From an uncultured Lachnospiraceae bacterium (GTDB taxonomy: Bacteria > Bacillota > Clostridia > Lachnospirales > Lachnospiraceae): a stretch of 64,000 nucleotides of DNA. The notes under the pieces were generated by a model. That model saw nothing but the letters and a program-made list of their open reading frames with translations, ran no database searches and was not told where the DNA came from. Where the stretch lies: contig ONEK01000002.1 in NCBI GenBank assembly GCA_900316855.1, positions 45,788 to 109,787 of the forward strand, read 5' to 3'. The position numbers and the translations under genes were made by a program. This document shows, one piece after another, positions 38,068-47,640 of the stretch; the first letter of the stretch is position 1; each line of letters opens with the position of its first letter.

Positions 38068-38910
38068 TTGGACAATCTGGAACTGAAACGAAAAGCCAAC
38101 GCGGTCCGCAAGGGCATTGTAACCGCAGTCTATTCCGCACAGGCGGGTCATCCCGGCGGATCCCTGTCCGCAGCGGATATCTATACCTATCTCTTTTTTG
38201 AGGAGATGCATACGGGACCTGACAGGATCGGTGATCCGGACAGGGACCGCTTTGTACTGTCCAAGGGTCATACCTGCCCCGGACTTTATTCCGTGATGGC
38301 CGAGAAGGGCTATTTTCCGGCTGAGGAGCTGAAGACGTTCCGGCATCTCGGGGCACGTCTGCAGGGACATCCGTGCATGCAGTACCTTCCCGGACTTGAT
38401 ATGTCCTCCGGTTCCCTGGGACAGGGGATTTCCGCAGCGTGCGGCATGGCGCTTTCCGCCAAAATCGATCACAGGGATTTCCGTGTCTATACCCTGCTGG
38501 GAGATGGTGAGCTTGAGGAGGGCCAGGTCTGGGAAGCTGCGATGTTTGCGGGTGCCAAGAAGCTGGACAACCTCGTGGTAATTGTCGACAACAACAACCT
38601 TCAGATCGACGGCGATATCACACAGGTTAATAATCCCTACCCGATTGATAAGAAATTCGAGGCATTCAATTTCCATGTGATTAATGTGGCAGACGGCCAT
38701 GACTTTGATCAGCTGCGTGCTGCGTTCCGGGAGGCAAAGCAGACGAAGGGAATGCCCACGGCGATTCTCTGCAAAACCATAAAGGGCAAGGGGGTTTCCT
38801 ATATGGAGAATCAGGCCGGCTGGCATGGCAAGGCTCCGAATGACGAGCAGTACAGGACCGCCATGGAGGATCTGGACAGAATTGACGCAGAACTGGGAGG
38901 TGCTAACTGA
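38068..38910 (+). CDS. tkt: Transketolase, N-terminal (TPP-binding) subunit
   Basis: GHPGGSLS, DRFVLSKGH, LQGHP, GSLGQG, GDGELEEG...DNN; TTG start after GGAGG. Confidence 0.94.
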   Translation: MDNLELKRKANAVRKGIVTAVYSAQAGHPGGSLSAADIYTYLFFEEMHTGPDRIGDPDRDRFVLSKGHTCPGLYSVMAEKGYFPAEELKTFRHLGARLQGHPCMQYLPGLDMSSGSLGQGISAACGMALSAKIDHRDFRVYTLLGDGELEEGQVWEAAMFAGAKKLDNLVVIVDNNNLQIDGDITQVNNPYPIDKKFEAFNFHVINVADGHDFDQLRAAFREAKQTKGMPTAILCKTIKGKGVSYMENQAGWHGKAPNDEQYRTAMEDLDRIDAELGGAN

Positions 38911-39851
38911 TGGCAGATGTTAAGAAGATTGCAACCCGCGAGAGCTACGGCCACGCCCTGGAGGAGCTCGGAGCGGTGAAACCTGAGATCGTGGTTCTGG
39001 ACGCGGATCTGAAGGCATCCACCAGGACCTCTTATTTCGCGGCAAAATATCCGGACCGGTTTTTCGACTGCGGCATCGCGGAGTCAGACATGATGGGAAT
39101 TGCCGCAGGACTGGCTACAACCGGAAAGATCCCCTTTGCTTCCACATTCGCCATGTTCGCGGCAGGGCGTGCCTATGAACAGGTGCGCAATTCCATTGGC
39201 TATCCGCACCTGAATGTCAAGATCGGCGCAACCCATGCCGGGATCACTGTAGGGGAAGATGGTGCGTCCCATCAGTGCAATGAGGACATTGCCCTGATGC
39301 GTACTATTCCGGGCATGGTGGTGATGTCTCCCTCAGATGACATCGAGGCAAGGAAATGTGTAAAAGCTGCCGCGGAATATGTCGGTCCTGTCTATATGAG
39401 ATTCGGCCGTTACGCGGTCCCCGTTTTCAACGATCCTGATATGAAGTTTGAGATCGGGAAGGGACAGCTGGTTCGTGAAGGCAGGGACGTGACGATCATT
39501 GCGACCGGAATCGAAGTTGCATCTGCCCTCGATGCGGCAGCAGAGCTCGCCGGACAGGGGATCGAGGCGGAGGTCATCAACATCTGCACGATCAAGCCGA
39601 TCGACCGCGAGATCATCACAGCCTCGGCCCGCAAGACAGGCAGGGTTGTCACGGCGGAGGAGCATACGGTGATCGGCGGTCTCGGAGGTGCTGTTGCCGA
39701 GGTCCTTGGTGAGGAGCAGCCCACGAGAATGCTGCGGATCGGAATCAACGACCGGTTCGGCGAATCCGGCAAGGCAGGGGAACTGGTTGCCAAATATGGC
39801 CTTGACGGAGCGGGAATTGCCGCAAAGGTTTCCGCTTTTGTAAAAGGCTGA
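38910..39851 (+). CDS. tkt: Transketolase, C-terminal subunit
   Basis: LDADL, CGIAE, THAGITVGEDGASHQ, TAEEH, GGLGGAV. Confidence 0.94.
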   Translation: MADVKKIATRESYGHALEELGAVKPEIVVLDADLKASTRTSYFAAKYPDRFFDCGIAESDMMGIAAGLATTGKIPFASTFAMFAAGRAYEQVRNSIGYPHLNVKIGATHAGITVGEDGASHQCNEDIALMRTIPGMVVMSPSDDIEARKCVKAAAEYVGPVYMRFGRYAVPVFNDPDMKFEIGKGQLVREGRDVTIIATGIEVASALDAAAELAGQGIEAEVINICTIKPIDREIITASARKTGRVVTAEEHTVIGGLGGAVAEVLGEEQPTRMLRIGINDRFGESGKAGELVAKYGLDGAGIAAKVSAFVKG

Positions 39852-39880
39852 TATAATATATACCGCTTTGAAGAGTTGCG

Positions 39881-39915
39881 GGTCCGGCCGTGTTTCATGG
39901 CCGGACCTGTTTTTT
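39881..39915 (+). terminator. Intrinsic terminator after the ara/tkt operon
   Basis: GGTCCGGCC / GGCCGGACC stem then TGTTTTTT. Confidence 0.75.
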
Positions 39916-39926
39916 GCAGGTGCGAA

Positions 39927-40079
39927 AATCGAGTAGGGGATGAAATCCCCCTACTCGATTGAAGGCGACGAGCCACGAAGCCGCCTCTGCATGCTCGCAT
40001 GCAGAGACGGCTCTGTGGTGACCGCTCATCATCGAGAGTCTGAAAGACTCGAGATGACAGCGACTCCGGCCTGCCTTCA
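39927..40079. other. Unassigned multi-stem structured non-coding element upstream of rpe
   Basis: Hairpin 39927-39960; GAAGGC (39961-66) / GCCTTC (40073-78) encloses hairpins 39972-40019 and 40023-40062. Confidence 0.55.
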
Positions 40080-40105
40080 TACAGTCGGGACGCTGAGGAG
40101 ACCAG

Positions 40106-40798
40106 ATGATCAAGTTATCGCCGTCGATACTGGCCGCAGATTTTGGGAGGCTGGAAGAACAGATTGCCCTGACCCGGAAGGGCGGAGCCCCGTATATCCA
40201 TCTGGATGTGATGGACGGAAATTTTGTTCCGCAGATCAGCTTCGGCATGCCGCTGATCCGATCCCTGCGGCAGGAATCCGGTCAGTATTTTGACGTACAC
40301 CTGATGATCCGGGACCCGGAGCGCTATATTAAGCAGTTTGCCGACTGCGGTGCGGACGGAATTACATTTCACCTCGAGTCAGCGCCGGATGTCGGGGCTG
40401 TCATTGCCGCCATTCGGGAACAGGGACGGAAGGTCGGGCTTGCAATCAAGCCGGCTACTCCGGTCAAGGAGGTTGTGCCTTACCTGGAACGGATTGACAT
40501 GCTGCTCGTTATGACGGTCGAGCCCGGATTCGGCGGACAGAAATATATCGAGACTTCCACGCGAAAAATCCGCGAGGCGAGAATGCTGTTTCATCAGCTC
40601 GACATGGATACGGATATCGAGGTTGACGGCGGCATCACAAAGGATAACGTGGATGTGGTGCTGGATGCGGGTGCGAATGTCATTGTTGCGGGTTCCGCAG
40701 TCTACCACGGAGACGTGGAGGAGAATACGCGCTATTTCATGGATCATTTCCGTCAGCGGCCGGAAGGCTGCCTTGAATGGGATCCGGCGCGCATATAA
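40106..40798 (+). CDS. rpe: Ribulose-phosphate 3-epimerase
   Basis: SPSILAADF, HLDVMDGNFVP, DVHLMI, MTVEPGFGGQ, EVDGG, VAGSAVY. Confidence 0.97.
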   Translation: MIKLSPSILAADFGRLEEQIALTRKGGAPYIHLDVMDGNFVPQISFGMPLIRSLRQESGQYFDVHLMIRDPERYIKQFADCGADGITFHLESAPDVGAVIAAIREQGRKVGLAIKPATPVKEVVPYLERIDMLLVMTVEPGFGGQKYIETSTRKIREARMLFHQLDMDTDIEVDGGITKDNVDVVLDAGANVIVAGSAVYHGDVEENTRYFMDHFRQRPEGCLEWDPARI

Positions 40799-40843
40799 AC
40801 AGGAAATCTGCATAAGCAGGCATACAGAGGAAAGTGTGAGAAA

Positions 40844-41731
40844 TTGGTTCAGTTTACGAGTCAGAAGATGGACAGGAACGCACCCTGCTGGTGCGGCAGC
40901 GGGAAAAAGTACAAGAACTGTCATATGGCTTTCGATGAGAAAATCCGGGAATATGAGCTGAAGGGTGCACTGGTTCCGGACCGGAATCTGCTGAAAACCA
41001 GCAAAGACGTTGAGGGCATCAAAGCCAGCGCGAAAATCAATATTGCGGTTCTGGACGAGATTGCCGAAAAGATTCATGAAGGAATGTCAACGCAGGAGAT
41101 TGACGACATCGTCTACAATACAACCGTGAAGATGGGCGGGATTCCGGCGGATCTTCATTATGAGGGATACCCCAAAAGCGTCTGCACGTCGGTCAACGAT
41201 CAGGTCTGCCATGGAATTCCGTCGCCGGACGTCATCCTGCAGGACGGCGATATTGTCAATGTGGACTGCTCCACAATCCTGAACGGATATTTCTCGGATT
41301 CATCCCGTATGTTCTGCATCGGCGAGGTCGATCCTGCCTGGCGCAGACTGGTGGATGTGACAAAGGAATGCGTTGAGATCGGGGTGAAGGCCGTAAAGCC
41401 ATGGACATTTATGGGAGACATGGGGAATGCGGTTCACCAGCACGCACTGGATAATGGCTACACGGTTGTCAAGGAGATCGGGGGCCATGGCTGCGGGCTG
41501 GAATTCCATGAGGATCCCTTTGTCAGCTATGTTTCGAAACCGGGGACCGAGATGCTGATGGTTCCCGGCATGTGCTTTACGATCGAGCCCATGGTCAACA
41601 TGGGTACGGATGAAATTTATGAGGATGATTCCAATGGCTGGAGCATCTACACGGCGGACGGCAAGCCTTCCGCGCAGTGGGAGGTGCAGGTCCTTGTGAC
41701 GGAAACCGGGTGCGAAGTCCTCACTTATTAA
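40844..41731 (+). CDS. map: Methionine aminopeptidase type I with N-terminal SEC-C Zn motif
   Basis: RNAPCWCGSGKKYKNCH; SVNDQVCHGIP, NVDC, SDSSRM, GHG.G..FHE, FTIEPM. Confidence 0.95.
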   Translation: MVQFTSQKMDRNAPCWCGSGKKYKNCHMAFDEKIREYELKGALVPDRNLLKTSKDVEGIKASAKINIAVLDEIAEKIHEGMSTQEIDDIVYNTTVKMGGIPADLHYEGYPKSVCTSVNDQVCHGIPSPDVILQDGDIVNVDCSTILNGYFSDSSRMFCIGEVDPAWRRLVDVTKECVEIGVKAVKPWTFMGDMGNAVHQHALDNGYTVVKEIGGHGCGLEFHEDPFVSYVSKPGTEMLMVPGMCFTIEPMVNMGTDEIYEDDSNGWSIYTADGKPSAQWEVQVLVTETGCEVLTY

Positions 41732-41768
41732 GTGAACGGGCGGATGGAAAAGGAGAAATACGAAGACT

Positions 41769-43796
41769 ATGAAGAACAAGGGAAAATACTATATCACAAC
41801 CGCCATTGCCTACACATCCGGCAAGCCGCATATCGGAAACACCTATGAGATTATCATGGCAGACGCCATCGCGCGGTGGAAACGCGCAGACGGCTATGAT
41901 GTCCATTTTCAGACGGGCTCGGATGAGCATGGTCAGAAAATTGAGAAACGGGCAGCCCAGGCGCACATGACCCCCAAGGCCTTCGTTGACAGGACGGCAG
42001 GGGAGATCAAACGGATCTGGGATGACATGAATGTGTCCTATGACCGGTTTATCCGAACGACAGATGAAGATCACGAGAAACAGGTACAGAAAATTTTTCG
42101 CAAACTGTATGACCAGGGAGATATTTACCTTGGCTCCTACAATGGACTGTACTGCACCGAATGCGAGGCATTTTACACGAATTCACAGGTGGGACCGGAC
42201 GGAAAATGCCCTGTCTGCGGCAGCCCGGTACATGAGGAGAAGGAAGATGCGTACTTCTTCCGGATGAGCAAATACGCGGACAAACTGATTGATTATATCA
42301 ACAGCCATCCGCACTTTATCGAACCGGAATCCAGGAAGAACGAGATGATGAACAACTTCCTGCTTCCGGGCCTGCAGGATCTGTGTGTCTCACGCACCTC
42401 ATTCAAATGGGGAATACCGGTGGACTTTGATCCGAAACATGTTGTTTATGTATGGCTGGACGCTCTTTCCAATTACATCACCGGCATTGGTTATGATGCG
42501 GATGGAAACAGCTCCGGGCTTTATAAGAAATACTGGCCTGCGGACCTGCATCTGATCGGCAAGGATATCATCCGGTTCCATACCATCTATTGGCCGATTT
42601 TCCTCATGGCACTCGGTGAGCCTCTTCCGGAACAGGTCTTCGGGCACCCCTGGCTCCTGCAGGGCGGGGAGAAGATGAGCAAGTCCAAAGGGAATGTCAT
42701 CTACGCGGATGATCTCGCGGACCTGTTCGGCGTGGATGCCGTACGTTATTTCGTTCTCCACGATATGCCCTATGATCAGGACGGTGTCATCACGTGGGAG
42801 CTTGTGATTGAGAGGATTAATTCGGATCTTGCCAATACACTGGGCAATCTTGTGAAGCGCACGATCTCCATGTCCAATAAGTATTTCGGGGGAACGGTGG
42901 AGAACAGGAATGTGCACGAGGCTGTCGATGACGACGTCATCGGTGTCTGCACCGGTGCCTACCGGAAAGTGGAGCAGGATATGGACACCCTGCACATTGC
43001 GGACTGCCTGAAGGATATATTCACGGTTTTCAAGCGTCTCAACAAATACATTGATGAAACAGAGCCCTGGACTCTTGCAAAGGATGAGAACAGGAAAGAC
43101 CGGCTCGCAACAGTTCTTTATAACCTGACCGAGGGCATCAGCATCGGCACGACACTGCTTGCACCGTTCCTTCCCGAAACGGCGGAACGGATTTTCCGTC
43201 AGCTGAACACGGAAAAGCGCGGCTTTGATACACTGGATCAGTTCGGCCTCTATCCTTCCGGAAACAGGGTGACGGAAGATCCGGAAATCCTGTTTGCAAG
43301 ACTCGACGGGGCAGAGGTTATGAAGAAGGTGGACATGATCGTCGAGAAACAGAAGGCGGAGGCTGCTGCGGCAGCAGCCCGGGGTGAAACCGGTGACGCC
43401 AAAAAGGAAGGCGCGGCTGTCCCTGCGGCTGACGGAGGGACGAAGGAGGACACCACAGGACACAAGGCCCCCGTGACGATTGATGAGTTTTCGAAGCTGG
43501 AGTTCAGAGTCGGTGAGATTCTGGAATGTGCACCGGTTCCGAAGTCGAAGAAGCTCCTCTGCTCCAAGGTAAAAGTAGGCAGCGAGGTAAAGCAGATCGT
43601 TTCCGGCATTCACAAATATTATGAGCCGGAGCAGCTCAAGGGCAGGAAGGTCATGGTTGTGTGCAACCTGAAGCCTGTCAGGCTGGCGGGTGTTCTGTCA
43701 GAAGGGATGCTGCTGTGTGCGGAGGATGCGGAAGGCAGCCTGTCGCTCATGACGCCGGACCGTGCGGAGATTGAGAGCGGTTCGGAGATCTGCTGA
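41769..43796 (+). CDS. metG: Methionyl-tRNA synthetase with C-terminal tRNA-binding domain
   Basis: YYITTAIAY, HIGN (HIGH-like), YVWLDAL, KMSKS, C-terminal OB fold. Confidence 0.97.
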   Translation: MKNKGKYYITTAIAYTSGKPHIGNTYEIIMADAIARWKRADGYDVHFQTGSDEHGQKIEKRAAQAHMTPKAFVDRTAGEIKRIWDDMNVSYDRFIRTTDEDHEKQVQKIFRKLYDQGDIYLGSYNGLYCTECEAFYTNSQVGPDGKCPVCGSPVHEEKEDAYFFRMSKYADKLIDYINSHPHFIEPESRKNEMMNNFLLPGLQDLCVSRTSFKWGIPVDFDPKHVVYVWLDALSNYITGIGYDADGNSSGLYKKYWPADLHLIGKDIIRFHTIYWPIFLMALGEPLPEQVFGHPWLLQGGEKMSKSKGNVIYADDLADLFGVDAVRYFVLHDMPYDQDGVITWELVIERINSDLANTLGNLVKRTISMSNKYFGGTVENRNVHEAVDDDVIGVCTGAYRKVEQDMDTLHIADCLKDIFTVFKRLNKYIDETEPWTLAKDENRKDRLATVLYNLTEGISIGTTLLAPFLPETAERIFRQLNTEKRGFDTLDQFGLYPSGNRVTEDPEILFARLDGAEVMKKVDMIVEKQKAEAAAAAARGETGDAKKEGAAVPAADGGTKEDTTGHKAPVTIDEFSKLEFRVGEILECAPVPKSKKLLCSKVKVGSEVKQIVSGIHKYYEPEQLKGRKVMVVCNLKPVRLAGVLSEGMLLCAEDAEGSLSLMTPDRAEIESGSEIC

Positions 43797-44314
43797 TGCG
43801 CCGCTGTCTGTGTGCGGTATTGCTGTTCTTTGCCCTGATCGGCTTCCTGATACAGGAGCCCCTCTGTGCGCATGCATCGCCTTCGGGCGATTCCGGTACA
43901 GCATGGGAGTCTGTTCCTGAGGCATCGGGCAGCTCAGCTTTGGATAGTGCGGCTGCGGACAAAGTCTCCCCGGATCGTGCGGCAAGCCAGAAACAGAAGC
44001 TGCTGGAAGCGATGAACACGCTGCGCAGCTGGGGACTTTCCCCGATAGGGATCATTCATGATCTGAGAAATCAATCATCCGGAACCCCGGCGGATAATGA
44101 TCAGGAATTTTCCGGTGCCGGCCAAAAGCTCCGGCAATCCGCGGAGGAAATCGGGGACTCTGCACTGCAGAAGGCACAGGACGTCGGAGGGGAAGCGGTT
44201 GATTCCGCGTCCCGGACGATCCGGAAAGAGGCAGAATCCGTGCTGTCGAAGCTGTGGGACAATCTTGCAGATGCTGTCCGGCGGACGCTGGACAGCGCCT
44301 TTTCCAGGGTGTAG
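43796..44314 (+). CDS. Hypothetical exported protein
   Basis: Signal peptide (MRR + hydrophobic core + AHA-S); starts in the metG stop codon; helical, charged mature part. Confidence 0.65.
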   Translation: MRRCLCAVLLFFALIGFLIQEPLCAHASPSGDSGTAWESVPEASGSSALDSAAADKVSPDRAASQKQKLLEAMNTLRSWGLSPIGIIHDLRNQSSGTPADNDQEFSGAGQKLRQSAEEIGDSALQKAQDVGGEAVDSASRTIRKEAESVLSKLWDNLADAVRRTLDSAFSRV

Positions 44315-44322
44315 GAGAACGT

Positions 44323-45027
44323 ATGAAGAAGTTTTTTGATCCGGATAATCCTGTCATGCGGGCGCTGGCAGCGCTGGGCGATCTTCTGTGGCTGAACATT
44401 CTTACGATGGTCTGCAGCATTCCTGTCTTTACGATCGGTGCCTCGCTGTCCGCCATGCACTATGTCCTGCTGAAAAGTGCCCGTGGTGAGGAAGGATATG
44501 TCACAAAATCGTTTTTTCATGCGTTTCGGGATAACTTCAGACAGGCGACCATACTGTGGCTGATCTGGCTGGCTGTTTTTGCTGTGATCGGTACCGATCT
44601 GTGGCTTCTGAGGAACAACCCGGATCTTTTCCCGAAGTTCTTCCATTATATTGTTTATGCGGCTTTTGTTTTTCTGTTCATGATTTTTCTGTGGGTGTTC
44701 CCGCTGCAGATGCATTTTGACAACACGATCCGCATGACTCTGAAAAACGCTGCGCTTCTGGCGGTCGCGAACGTACCAAGGACGCTGCTGATGACGTCGG
44801 TGTGGGTCATACCGGCGGCCATCCTGTTCTATGTGGTTCCCGCCTATCCGGTTGTACTCATGTTCGGGCTCACGGGACCGGGCTTTGTAAATGCCAAAAT
44901 GGTAAGTCCTGTATTCGCCCGCTTTGAGCCGAAGCAGGAAGAGACACAGGACCGGTCTCTTCAGGACGATGATCCTGAGCTGCAGGAAGCCATCCGCGAG
45001 CTGCAGGAGGCAAGGGACAGGAAATAG
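44323..45027 (+). CDS. DUF624/YesL-family membrane protein
   Basis: FDPDNPVMRAL..LGDLLWLNIL..CSIPVFTIGAS..AM, FF.AFRDNFRQAT; multiple TM helices. Confidence 0.88.
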   Translation: MKKFFDPDNPVMRALAALGDLLWLNILTMVCSIPVFTIGASLSAMHYVLLKSARGEEGYVTKSFFHAFRDNFRQATILWLIWLAVFAVIGTDLWLLRNNPDLFPKFFHYIVYAAFVFLFMIFLWVFPLQMHFDNTIRMTLKNAALLAVANVPRTLLMTSVWVIPAAILFYVVPAYPVVLMFGLTGPGFVNAKMVSPVFARFEPKQEETQDRSLQDDDPELQEAIRELQEARDRK

Positions 45028-45259
45028 GTATTTCCGGCGGGAATTCTGATCCGGATCCCATGCAAAGTGCCCTAGAAAATCCGGTTTTTGTATGTACTTT
45101 TAACAAACTGCTTTTTTATTTTTCCTGTTTTTCTGCGATTTGACTTATATCCCCGTAAAATCTTTGTGTAATTAGGTGATAGTCTGGCTAAGGGAAAAAC
45201 CCTATACTGGCTTTGTTGTGAAAGAGCGGGAGCAATCCCGGTTGAGATGGAGGTAAACA

Positions 45260-46363
45260 ATGGCAAGTCTTTCTCTGGAGCATGTTTATAAAAAGTATCC
45301 GAACGGATTTGAAGCAGTAAAGGATTTCAATCTGGATATTGCAGATAAGGAATTCATCATTTTCGTAGGACCTTCCGGATGCGGAAAATCTACCACACTT
45401 CGTATGATCGCCGGACTTGAGGATATCAGCCAGGGTACCCTGAAGATCGATGGCAAGGTCATGAACGATGTAGAGCCCAAGGACCGTGATATCGCGATGG
45501 TATTCCAGAACTACGCTCTGTATCCTCATATGACTGTATATGACAACATGGCATTCGGCCTGAAGCTTCGTAAGGTTCCGAAGGATGAAATCGACAAGAT
45601 GGTTCGCAATGCAGCCAAGATCCTGGATCTGACACAGCTTCTGGACCGCAAGCCGAAGGCTCTCTCCGGCGGACAGAGACAGCGTGTTGCCATGGGCCGT
45701 GCAATTGTACGTAACCCCAAGGTCTTCCTCATGGATGAGCCCCTGTCCAACCTGGATGCAAAGCTCCGTGTACAGATGAGATCAGAGATTGCCAAGCTGC
45801 ATCAGAGACTTGGCACCACGATCATCTATGTAACACATGACCAGACGGAGGCTATGACACTCGGTACGAGAATCGTAGTCATGAAGGATGGTGTCATCCA
45901 GCAGGTCGACACTCCCCAGCATCTGTATGATGATCCCTGCAACCTCTTCGTAGCAGGCTTCATGGGTTCTCCGCAGATGAACTTCATCGACGCGGTTGTA
46001 AAGGTAACCGGAGACCAGGTTGCCCTTCAGGTTGCCGGTGAGGACATTGTTCTGCCTGCTTCCAAGGCTGCAGCTGTAAAGCCCTACGATGGCAAGACCG
46101 TTGTCATGGGTATCCGCCCCGAAAATCTTTCCGATCACGAGGATGATCTGAAGGCAGCCAAGGCTACGCTTACATCCAAGGTAAATGTTCGTGAGCTCCT
46201 CGGTGCCGAGGTCTTCCTGTATTTCGATATTGCCGATACGCCTATGATTGCCCGCGTAGATCCCAGAACCTCTGCGCAGGTTGGCGATCAGGTCAAGTTC
46301 GCGGTAGATGTTGAGAAGATCCACGTCTTCGACAAGGAGACCGAGAAGGTCATCACCAACTGA
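45260..46363 (+). CDS. msmK: Shared CUT1 sugar ABC ATPase (MsmK/MalK/UgpC-type)
   Basis: GPSGCGKST, VFQNYALYPHM, LSGGQRQRVAMGR, MDEPLSNLD, YVTHDQ; no cognate permease adjacent. Confidence 0.93.
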   Translation: MASLSLEHVYKKYPNGFEAVKDFNLDIADKEFIIFVGPSGCGKSTTLRMIAGLEDISQGTLKIDGKVMNDVEPKDRDIAMVFQNYALYPHMTVYDNMAFGLKLRKVPKDEIDKMVRNAAKILDLTQLLDRKPKALSGGQRQRVAMGRAIVRNPKVFLMDEPLSNLDAKLRVQMRSEIAKLHQRLGTTIIYVTHDQTEAMTLGTRIVVMKDGVIQQVDTPQHLYDDPCNLFVAGFMGSPQMNFIDAVVKVTGDQVALQVAGEDIVLPASKAAAVKPYDGKTVVMGIRPENLSDHEDDLKAAKATLTSKVNVRELLGAEVFLYFDIADTPMIARVDPRTSAQVGDQVKFAVDVEKIHVFDKETEKVITN

Positions 46364-46400
46364 TTACCGCGAGGGAATGCATCTTATCCCGGAGATTTTT

Positions 46401-46428
46401 CCCGCATGCTTCGGCATGCGGGTTTTTT
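46401..46428 (+). terminator. Intrinsic terminator of msmK
   Basis: CCCGCATGC-TTCG-GCATGCGGG then TTTTTT. Confidence 0.88.
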
Positions 46429-46551
46429 ATTGGAAAAAATGTTGCTATTGCTGAAATGAGGACTTAAAATGTTAGGAAAAGACAGCAATATTAACAGTTT
46501 TGACTCATTTTTTACGTTTACATGCCTGCTTTTTGCGGCGGAAGGAGAGCT

Positions 46552-47640
46552 ATGGTATCTGCACAGATCGTGAAAACCTGCCTGGAGGAACTGACCTCCA
46601 TTTCCAAGGTGGAGTTCTGCGTCCAGGATCCTTCCGGGGCTCTGTTTTCCATGACCGGCGGCGCTGAAATGACACAGAATGACGTTGTTGCCAGTTTTGC
46701 GTCCTCTTCCGTCGATTCCCAGATCATGGGAAATAAATATCTTCTCAAGATTCAGGAGGAAGATGAGACGGTTTATATCCTGACTGCAATCGGCACCGGG
46801 GATTATACCCTCATGATAGCCAAGATTGCCGTCAGCGAGCTTCGCAACCTGATGACTGCCTATCGGGAGAAATATGACCGCAACAATTTCTTCCAGAATC
46901 TGCTTCTGGATAATCTGCTTCTTGTTGATATTCATAACCGCGCCAGAAAGCTTCACATTAATTTTGCCGTTCCGCGTGCGATTATTCTGGCGGAAATTGA
47001 GTCGGAGTCGGATGCCAGTGCCAGTGACCTTCTGGCAAGTATTTTCACAACCCACAATGGAGACTATCTCACGGAGGTAGATGAGAACAGTGTCATAATC
47101 ATCAAGGCGGTAGAGAACGAGAATGCCTATGATCAGGTTCAGGAGTCTGCCCAGATTGCCGCAGATATGCTGAATACGGAAGCCATGCTGAAGGTTCGCG
47201 TTGCATACGGCACCATTGTTTCCGACCTGAAAAATATCTCCAAATCCTACAAGGAAGCACGCATGGCGATGGATGTGGGGAAGATCTTCTATGCCGAAAG
47301 ACGGGTAATTTCCTACAACGAGCTTGGAATCGGCAGATTGATCTATCAGCTTCCCTCCAACCTCTGCAATGTTTTCATCCAAGAGGTTTTCGGTGAGAAT
47401 ATTCCCTACGATCTTGACAATGAGACCCTGTCGACGATCAATACCTTCTTTGAAAATAATCTGAACGTTTCCGAGACGAGCCGCAAGCTGTTCATTCACA
47501 GGAACACGCTGGTCTATCGGATTGAGAAGCTTCAGAAATCAACGGGGCTCGACATCCGGGTATTCGACGATGCCCTGAAATTCAAGATTGCGCTGATGGT
47601 AATGAACTACCTGAAATATCTGGAGAACAAGGACTACTGA
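46552..47640 (+). CDS. PucR/CdaR-family transcriptional regulator
   Basis: C-terminal FFENNLNVSETSRKLFIHRNTLVYRIEKLQKSTGLD HTH; RBS AAGGAG before ATG 46552. Confidence 0.9.
   Translation: MVSAQIVKTCLEELTSISKVEFCVQDPSGALFSMTGGAEMTQNDVVASFASSSVDSQIMGNKYLLKIQEEDETVYILTAIGTGDYTLMIAKIAVSELRNLMTAYREKYDRNNFFQNLLLDNLLLVDIHNRARKLHINFAVPRAIILAEIESESDASASDLLASIFTTHNGDYLTEVDENSVIIIKAVENENAYDQVQESAQIAADMLNTEAMLKVRVAYGTIVSDLKNISKSYKEARMAMDVGKIFYAERRVISYNELGIGRLIYQLPSNLCNVFIQEVFGENIPYDLDNETLSTINTFFENNLNVSETSRKLFIHRNTLVYRIEKLQKSTGLDIRVFDDALKFKIALMVMNYLKYLENKDY

Noticed and set aside
39935-39956. GGGGATGAAATCCCC resembling FMN riboswitch P2 or a tRNA T-arm
   Set aside because: None of the other FMN conserved blocks and no cloverleaf are present; kept only as part of the unassigned structure.
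41731-41769. T-box or SAM riboswitch upstream of metG
   Set aside because: The intergenic gap is only 37 bp; metG appears co-transcribed with map.
45086-45101. TTTTGTATGTACTTTT as an AraR box upstream of msmK
   Set aside because: Only 11/16 match with an asymmetric right arm in an AT-rich region; too weak to call.
45030-47640. Lower-GC stretch as a horizontally acquired island
   Set aside because: It consists of promoter DNA and commonly conserved genes (msmK, cdaR-type); no boundaries, repeats or mobility genes were seen, and GC was judged only by eye.
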